IMG/VR virus record: IMGVR_UViG_3300033066_001295
Span: 143,817 to 207,816 of that record
Reading direction: 5' to 3' (one strand)
DNA from: a virus
Lineage: Duplodnaviria > Caudoviricetes
DNA length: 64,000 nucleotides
Shown in pieces: positions 25,037 to 30,804 of this stretch. A program made the position numbers and the translations under genes. The notes beneath the pieces were generated by a model. That model saw only the letters and a list, made by a program, of their open reading frames with translations. It did no database searches and was not told the origin of the DNA. Every line of letters starts with the position of its first letter. Position 1 is the stretch's first letter.

Positions 25037-25942
25037 TCAAGCTTTTTTGCTATTATCCCACTGCTTGTAGCGTTCACGCTTTTGAGCCGGTGTCATGCCA
25101 GCAAGCTCTTTCTGAACATCGGCATACGCCTTGTTGCCCTGAGCCTTGGCTGCACGCTGTTTGGCGTACTTGGCATCAATATCAGCAAACCCTTTCTTCA
25201 CCCTAGCGTCACGAATGGTCTTGTCAGGGTCCACATACGTGGATGCCTTGGGCTGCTGAAGGGTGGCAGGAACAGCTTGGTTAGACTTGGCACCCCAAGG
25301 GTTGGCCTTGTCCTTCTGAGACTGGAGATAAGCTTGTCCCTGCGGAGTGTTCAAAGTTGCCTGTGACGCTGCGATCTGCTCTGGAGTCCAGTTGGAAGGT
25401 CCGACTGTTGGCTTGGCAGGAGCGGGAGCGGCTACAGGGGCAGGAGCTTGAGCGGCAGGTGTCGGAGCGGCGGCTACTTGGGGTGCCGGAGCGGCAGCAG
25501 GAGCTTGAGCAGCAGGTGCTGGAGTGCCCATAGCCTGAAGCTTGGCAGCAGGAGGTAGAGCAAGAAATGCTTCCGCCTCTTTTTTAACAGAGGCCAATTC
25601 TTGACCTAGCTGCTGATATTTTGGACCCCACTTCTGAACAATGAAATTATTGATGGCGTCAGCCGTTGGACCACCAGCAGGGGCTTGAGCAGCAGGTGCC
25701 GGAGCTTGGGGTGCCGGAGCTTGGGGTGCCGGAGCGGCAGCCGGAGCTTGTGGGGCAGGCTGGTTGGCGTTAGGGTCAACAACATCGTTGTACCCACCTG
25801 TAACATCGTGATATGCGCCAGAAACAGCGTTCCCTACAGCGGAGGCTGCACTACCAATACCTTGGCGAAGTCCACCAGCTAGTTGCCCAGCTTTGCGAAA
25901 GAACCCAGTTCCAGCCTCAAAAAGGTCGATGAACGATGACAT
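25037..25942 (-). CDS. Ala/Pro/Gln-rich protein, probable internal head protein
   Basis: MSSFIDLFEA N-terminus, APQAPA repeats, TATCTATT upstream. Confidence 0.6.
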   Translation of the reverse strand: MSSFIDLFEAGTGFFRKAGQLAGGLRQGIGSAASAVGNAVSGAYHDVTGGYNDVVDPNANQPAPQAPAAAPAPQAPAPQAPAPAAQAPAGGPTADAINNFIVQKWGPKYQQLGQELASVKKEAEAFLALPPAAKLQAMGTPAPAAQAPAAAPAPQVAAAPTPAAQAPAPVAAPAPAKPTVGPSNWTPEQIAASQATLNTPQGQAYLQSQKDKANPWGAKSNQAVPATLQQPKASTYVDPDKTIRDARVKKGFADIDAKYAKQRAAKAQGNKAYADVQKELAGMTPAQKRERYKQWDNSKKA

Positions 25943-25966
25943 ATCAATAGATACTCAAAGAAAGAT

Positions 25967-26097
25967 TTCAAAGGGGAAGGATTTACACCTCCACACCGGT
26001 CTCTGTCAGCACACCGGTAAGCACCTAGTAATTACTTTCGGTAGCCGTAGCACCCTACTCGCTGTACAGTTGTCTTGAGCTTTGCTTTACCTCTGAA
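25967..26097 (-). ncRNA. expanded tRNA-like RNA
   Basis: TTCAGAGG/CCTTTGAA stem, T arm GGAGG-TGTAAAT-CCTTC, small D-like arm, expanded core. Confidence 0.5.
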
Positions 26098-26191
26098 TGG
26101 CGGATGACTGAGGAATCGAACCCCATGCCGGTCTCCCGGACATACTCCACTTTCAAGGCGGCTGCTGGGAACACACCCAACTAAATCATCC
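26098..26191 (-). tRNA. tRNA-Ser(TGA), 8/4 fold with 6-bp D stem
   Basis: GGATGATT/AGTCATCC-G-CCA, loop CT-TGA-AA. Confidence 0.85.
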
Positions 26192-26416
26192 AAAAAATTG
26201 CTTTTGCCGTGCCTCAGCAGGACACGAGCGAGTCCTCACTCAGAGCCACCTTTTGTGGCCCTGTTTACGGTCATAAACATAGCTTCTGCCACAACTACAG
26301 GTAACAGTAGTTCCCTTTTTCACCTTCATACTTATTCATATCAATCAGGCTGGTGAGCAGCCCTTTCTCCATGCCTATTGTGCAAATGGAATGTGGTAGA
26401 GCTAACTTTGCTCTCA

Positions 26417-26470
26417 CTACATTTTGTGCTAACTGCCATGGTGAAGTCCATGAAGAACTGGAAATGGTCC
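26417..26470 (+). pseudogene. HNH endonuclease remnant
   Basis: Translates to ..CANCHGEVHEELEM, similar to the C-terminus of the 18763 HNH; no intact ORF. Confidence 0.5.
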
Positions 26471-26540
26471 GTGTAGTTGGTAACGCTCCAACCTGAAACA
26501 CGCTTATCGGGCGTGCGCTTCTCTTCTCAGCCATACACGG
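26465..26540 (-). tRNA. tRNA-Ile(GAT)
   Basis: CCGTGTA/TACACGG-A-CCA, loop CC-GAT-AA. Confidence 0.85.
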
Positions 26541-26550
26541 TGGAAATGTT

Positions 26551-26655
26551 GCATCCTCAAATCGAATCACCATCCTGTTTACTTCCCTCATGCTGCGAGT
26601 TTCCCCGGAGCACTCTATGGCATCATTTTGCAGTGATGAGTCGATTTGAAGATGC
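26551..26655 (-). ncRNA. unassigned structured RNA
   Basis: GCATCTTCAAATCGA / TCGATTTGAGGATGC closing helix. Confidence 0.5.
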
Positions 26656-26684
26656 CGCTGAATGAGTCCGAAGACCGACGCAGC

Positions 26685-26862
26685 GACATCCAAAAATCTG
26701 TTATTCACTAACGGAACCGAAGTGCCAATCAGTGAATAACAGAAAGCCATGCTATCCACTCCTTTTCGGAGTCGATGCCGCATCAGTGCATTGCGAGTGC
26801 CCTATCAGCGGAGTCGTTCGGGTGATTGTGGCCCACCCTCCATTTGGCCTTTTGGATATGTC
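26685..26862 (-). ncRNA. unassigned structured RNA (first element after the attenuator)
   Basis: GACA(TA)TCCAAAA/TTTTGGATGTC closing stem; internal 13-bp stem TCTGTTATTCACT/AGTGAATAACAGA. Confidence 0.5.
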
Positions 26863-26871
26863 TTGGAAATG

Positions 26872-26901
26872 AAAAACCCTGCTACCTTCCGGTTTGCAGG
26901 G
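26872..26901 (-). terminator. intrinsic terminator (attenuator)
   Basis: CCCTGC-AA-ACC-GGAA-GGT-A-GCAGGG-TTTTT. Confidence 0.8.
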
Positions 26902-26935
26902 CCTCTGAGTTTCGTGTTATAGTGAACACTCTACG

Positions 26936-27028
26936 TCATAGGCCCGCTCCTGAAAACCCGATCACCCTATCGGTGACTGGGTGGCGACTTTCGTTCGCCG
27001 GTTTATAAGATTGTTTCATCGTTAACAT
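26936..27028 (-). CDS. attenuation leader peptide MLTMKQSYKPANESRHPVTDRVIGFSGAGL
   Basis: 30-codon ORF at the predicted +1; its stop region pairs with the 5' arm of the terminator. Confidence 0.7.
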   Translation of the reverse strand: MLTMKQSYKPANESRHPVTDRVIGFSGAGL

Positions 27029-27034
27029 GTGCTC

Positions 27035-27063
27035 AAGATACATAGCAGATGGGGTCTGCGCAA
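27035..27063 (-). promoter_or_regulatory. sigma70-type promoter of the tRNA island
   Basis: TTGCGC-N17-TATCTT with TG nearby and A-tracts upstream. Confidence 0.65.
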
Positions 27064-27094
27064 CATCTTTTTTACATTTTGTCGATTTTTTTCA

Positions 27095-27454
27095 TCAATC
27101 ACCCTTAAATCGTTGATCCTGAGAGGTTTTTTCTGGGCCGTGAACATAGACAAAATTGGCTGACAGTTCGGTTTGGAGGGATTTTCTGGCTGAAACAAGC
27201 TGTTCTTCAGAGAAATTCTCGGTTTCAAGGTCACCACCATCCATGACAAAATGATCAATTGAGCTTGAACCCATGATAATGGCGTCTTCACCATTGACTG
27301 TGTAGAGGACCATCATCGCAGCAGCATAATCAACAGTCGGATTACCTGTATTGATGAAGTACATGCGCTTGTCACGATCAACCCTGTACCCAACTCCAGC
27401 GTAAGTGGCCGGATCACCTTCGTCGTACTTGATGCTAATATGTGCAACTTTCAT
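27095..27454 (-). CDS. hypothetical protein
   Basis: 119-aa ORF in the early operon. Confidence 0.55.
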   Translation of the reverse strand: MKVAHISIKYDEGDPATYAGVGYRVDRDKRMYFINTGNPTVDYAAAMMVLYTVNGEDAIIMGSSSIDHFVMDGGDLETENFSEEQLVSARKSLQTELSANFVYVHGPEKTSQDQRFKGD

Positions 27455-27681
27455 GTTAGTGATGTGGCCAGAACCACGTGCTTTGTCTCTACCACCTGAA
27501 CAGCATGATCATTGCTAAACATGGCCCCACAGCAGTTGCAACCATACATGGAAACGTCATCCCACAGGTCTTTTGAACCACATCGACCACATCGCCCTGT
27601 AAAGTCACCTGTAGCTTCGTTATCAGGATTGTTAGCCTTGATCACCTTCAGCTTGTCCTCTTCTGATAATGTGTCCCACAT
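27451..27681 (-). CDS. small Zn-ribbon protein
   Basis: CGRCGSKDLWDD..YGCNCC. Confidence 0.55.
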   Translation of the reverse strand: MWDTLSEEDKLKVIKANNPDNEATGDFTGRCGRCGSKDLWDDVSMYGCNCCGAMFSNDHAVQVVETKHVVLATSLT

Positions 27682-27682
27682 G

Positions 27683-27985
27683 TTATGCTGAGCACTTGCG
27701 ATTAAGTTCTGTCAGGAACATGCTCCTGATATTCTGGATGTTCTTCTTGAGGTAGGATGTGAACTTCTTCTTGGCTTCTGCCTTTGAAACTTGATCACCT
27801 TGGGAATCAAAAAACCATCTCAAGTTCTTCGAGAAGTACACCTCCTTGGCATCCTCCTTGTTAAAGCCGAAGTCGAAGAGTGCCTTGATGATTTCAATGG
27901 ATACCTCACGGCCACACTTGTCGGCACTATAAGCTCCACTCCACTCCTCTGCGATGTTATCTAGCTCTTTAGTTGTGTTCTTCAT
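27683..27985 (-). CDS. hypothetical protein
   Basis: 100-aa ORF in an operon. Confidence 0.55.
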   Translation of the reverse strand: MKNTTKELDNIAEEWSGAYSADKCGREVSIEIIKALFDFGFNKEDAKEVYFSKNLRWFFDSQGDQVSKAEAKKKFTSYLKKNIQNIRSMFLTELNRKCSA

Positions 27986-28542
27986 ACAAATCTATGTTTC
28001 ACCCAGTTTGAATTTTCCTTTGAAGGTGACGAGTGCTGGCGGATGTACCCAGCACTAAGTCTCTTTGACACAAGACCCTCAACAAGCTTGTTACCGGGCA
28101 CATCCCATTCAGCCCAGAACCTCCTAGCCTCATCTTCAGTCATGCACTGGAGGCGATACACTCCGCGTGGAATGCTTCCAACAAGTGGCAGGTAGGGAAG
28201 GTCATTGAATGCCTCACGACGTTCCAGATAAACTCCTTTGACTGTTGGCACATCAAGCACTATGAGGATGCCCTTGCCTGTGCCACGACGTTCAAGAAAC
28301 TCACAGTCGATCCATTCAAAATCTGGCAGACTATTGATCAACGGGAGCATTTCATTTTCGATTGAAAGTCTTCCCCCATGCCTGTTCCAGCAAGTCCTAT
28401 GGTGAGGTGACACAAGTGCCCTCCAGCCATTGATCTTAACCTCATTAGTCCAGCCGTCACCTTTCGGGTCAGACAGTTCAAACCTACCGCCGTTAATGGG
28501 GCGCATAGGGTAGAAGGAAGGTTCTGAAGGGGCTAGGACCAT
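27982..28542 (-). CDS. minimal ATP-dependent ligase-family nucleotidyltransferase
   Basis: Motif I EVKINGWRA, III WIDCEF, IIIa LIVLDV, IV VEGLVSKR, V WVKHR; no OB domain. Confidence 0.75.
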   Translation of the reverse strand: MVLAPSEPSFYPMRPINGGRFELSDPKGDGWTNEVKINGWRALVSPHHRTCWNRHGGRLSIENEMLPLINSLPDFEWIDCEFLERRGTGKGILIVLDVPTVKGVYLERREAFNDLPYLPLVGSIPRGVYRLQCMTEDEARRFWAEWDVPGNKLVEGLVSKRLSAGYIRQHSSPSKENSNWVKHRFV

Positions 28543-28555
28543 ATGATGTCGTACT

Positions 28556-28873
28556 TCATGAAAAATAACGAGAAACAGTTTCGTGGTCCATGCCATCTGT
28601 GAAAATCCAACGAAATCCACCACGCTTTTGCAATTGGCACCACCAACCACCACGTCCGCTGAAGGATAGTCTGAGATTAGGGTTATCCTTGGCAAGGTAT
28701 GACAGGGCGAGAAATTTTCGCCTTCTTGCCTGAACTTCAGGGTGCTCAGTAGCCTTGCGCAGAGCGTCACCAATCTTGAGCTTCGGCTTTGGGTCTTCTC
28801 CAGACATAGCTCTGCTCAAAGAGGTTAAAGACTCCTGAAGCTTGCTAACAAGCTGTGTTGTTTCAGGACTCAC
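28556..28873 (-). CDS. hypothetical protein
   Basis: 105-aa ORF. Confidence 0.5.
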   Translation of the reverse strand: MSPETTQLVSKLQESLTSLSRAMSGEDPKPKLKIGDALRKATEHPEVQARRRKFLALSYLAKDNPNLRLSFSGRGGWWCQLQKRGGFRWIFTDGMDHETVSRYFS

Positions 28874-29088
28874 AGCACCTCCCCTTTCTCAGAGATTTTA
28901 CCTGAGTTGATCAGGTCTCGGGCAGTGCGGCCATACCAGCCCTGAAGGCTCCACACTTCACCTGTTTTGATCAGGTACGCCCATGCTTCCAGTTGATCCT
29001 CCTCAGAGGCACCTTCGCCTTCACAGAAGCCTTCAGCGTAAGCACAGGCGAGGTATGAATTCCACTTGATCTTTGTTGGTGTGCTCAT
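28870..29088 (-). CDS. conserved-looking small phage protein
   Basis: EAWAYLIKTGEVWSLQGWYGRTARDLI. Confidence 0.6.
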   Translation of the reverse strand: MSTPTKIKWNSYLACAYAEGFCEGEGASEEDQLEAWAYLIKTGEVWSLQGWYGRTARDLINSGKISEKGEVL

Positions 29089-29092
29089 GGTA

Positions 29093-29350
29093 TTAGCAGA
29101 CTGGGATGAGTTCTCCTTCACCGGCTTCTCTCAGCCAGAAATTGCCACAAGACATGCCACTGATTGGAAACAGGAGGCTCTTGTCCTTCTCATTCCGCAA
29201 CAGCCGCCATGTCTTGCCACGACCATTCTGAGGGGTGAGGATATAAGGTGCCTGCAAGTCGGCATCCTCCGGTTTGACAGGCTCAACGGTGACGTTGTAC
29301 GCCTTGCCGTTGATGATGATGTTGGTTGTAGCTGGGGCTGTTGTTGGCAT
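29093..29350 (-). CDS. hypothetical protein
   Basis: 85-aa ORF. Confidence 0.5.
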   Translation of the reverse strand: MPTTAPATTNIIINGKAYNVTVEPVKPEDADLQAPYILTPQNGRGKTWRLLRNEKDKSLLFPISGMSCGNFWLREAGEGELIPVC

Positions 29351-29416
29351 AAAAGTTGGGGAAGAATGTTGAAAAAGATTGGGGCTGGTCCCACCACGAG
29401 ACCAGCCCCGGCACCA

Positions 29417-30004
29417 CTACTTCACTCCCGCCGTAGCAGGGAATGTGAAGACCTCATTGAGGGCAGTTGCCTCCTCAACAGAAAGGGCAGTGAAAAGCTC
29501 ACGCACACCGATAGGGACGAAGTCTTCCTTGGAAGTGAGAGCTTCGGAAACACCATACTTGGTGAAAAGCTCGACAAGGTCATTGACCAGCTTGCCAGTC
29601 TTGGCCACACCGATTTTCTCAGTGAGAACATCACCATCAACCTTGAGGTTAAAACGCTGACGGAACAGCTTGTCAGTGTTCTTCTTGCCGATGGCTTCCT
29701 CAACTTGTTTGAGGTCGGCACCGCTCTTGTAGGCGGCGGTATAAACAACGAGAACAGAACCCGTGTCGCCAACGGCTGACACACCGAGTTCGTCACTGCC
29801 ATCCTTGATATGCTGGGCGGCGACGGGGAAAACTTCCTCCTTCAATTCGTCCTTGTAACGCTTCACCTCGCCTTCCAAGACCTTGATCTGACGATCCTTG
29901 TCAACGATCTTGTTGACGAGCGAACGATTGCCATCAAAAACCGGGTAATCCTTGCCCTTTTTGGTGGAAGACTTTGCGACGGAACCGAGTGGGACTGTTT
30001 TCAT
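29417..30004 (-). CDS. early protein with coiled coil
   Basis: 195 aa, directly behind an early promoter. Confidence 0.6.
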   Translation of the reverse strand: MKTVPLGSVAKSSTKKGKDYPVFDGNRSLVNKIVDKDRQIKVLEGEVKRYKDELKEEVFPVAAQHIKDGSDELGVSAVGDTGSVLVVYTAAYKSGADLKQVEEAIGKKNTDKLFRQRFNLKVDGDVLTEKIGVAKTGKLVNDLVELFTKYGVSEALTSKEDFVPIGVRELFTALSVEEATALNEVFTFPATAGVK

Positions 30005-30037
30005 AGTGGTGTGTGGTGTGGTTTATTGTTCGACACC

Positions 30038-30065
30038 AATATATCGAAAGTAAGTCACCTGTCAA
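30038..30065 (-). promoter_or_regulatory. sigma70-type early promoter with conserved spacer
   Basis: TTGACA-ggtgacttactttcga-TATATT. Confidence 0.75.
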
Positions 30066-30262
30066 AGAGAAAAGACATTTTTTCTTTCTTTTTTCACTTT
30101 TGAAGCGAGACTGCTACATGAGCAACCCAAACCTGCCACCACCTGACTGGGGGGCAAAACCGACAGCAAGCCGGGAAGATGATGGCACCGTTACGGTGGA
30201 AGTGACCGGCACTATCTCAACTGACAAGCTGAGGGAGAAATCCTCAAGAATAGGCCAAAGGA

Positions 30263-30796
30263 TCAAGCAAATCTTTGCTTTCTGGAGAAGATCGAAATAG
30301 CCTCTTTGATCTGTGGAAGGTAGGGCCTGATTGAGGCGAACCTGTCTTCCTCACCCTGCTTTGGAGGGGCGGAAAGAGCCTCAAATGCCTTCTCAATCTT
30401 CTTGCTGTTGGTGTAAAGGGCATGTTTCAGCCTTTTGATCACCCTTGAAGCTTCAACAAAAGCCCTCGATGTCTTTGGCAACCTTGTCATGGCCTTTTCA
30501 GCCCAGATGGCAAGCTTTCCGCCCTTCCCAATCAAGTCACCAATAGCTGGAATGCACGAAATGATCGACAAACCTGCAAAGAGGTAATTTGGAGGAGTAT
30601 CTGACAGATAGATGACTGCGTTGGCAGCATCAGCAAACTCGCCTATTCCGGGGATCAAGCCCATGACATCAAGACCTGTCTGGACAGCGTCACGAAACAT
30701 ACCTTCTCCCATGGAAGCAAGAGCCTCCTCATGGAGCAGAGCCAGATCATCTGGCTGGAAGGTGTTGTCGATTGCTTGAAGGAATGAAGTAGCCAT
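30263..30796 (-). CDS. pre-toxin TG (PT-TG)-like domain protein
   Basis: QTGLDVMGLIPGIGEFADAANAVIY...AGLSIISCIPAIGDLIGKGGK. Confidence 0.65.
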   Translation of the reverse strand: MATSFLQAIDNTFQPDDLALLHEEALASMGEGMFRDAVQTGLDVMGLIPGIGEFADAANAVIYLSDTPPNYLFAGLSIISCIPAIGDLIGKGGKLAIWAEKAMTRLPKTSRAFVEASRVIKRLKHALYTNSKKIEKAFEALSAPPKQGEEDRFASIRPYLPQIKEAISIFSRKQRFA

Positions 30797-30804
30797 GACA
30801 ATAA

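Noticed and set aside
26098-26191. Selenocysteine or opal suppressor tRNA
   Set aside because: The D arm is Sec-like, but the anticodon reads TGA (Ser), not TCA; no CTA/TTA/TCA anticodon was found in the window
26200-26295. Hammerhead ribozyme (CTGAGTGA-GGAC..GTCC on minus strand)
   Set aside because: The required GAAA after stem II is absent
15330-26783. Many 60-160 aa ORFs in the supplied track across the island (for example 15418, 16376, 17013, 22205, 22807, 23161, 26295)
   Set aside because: They overlap tRNA or ncRNA genes and have no protein-like motifs
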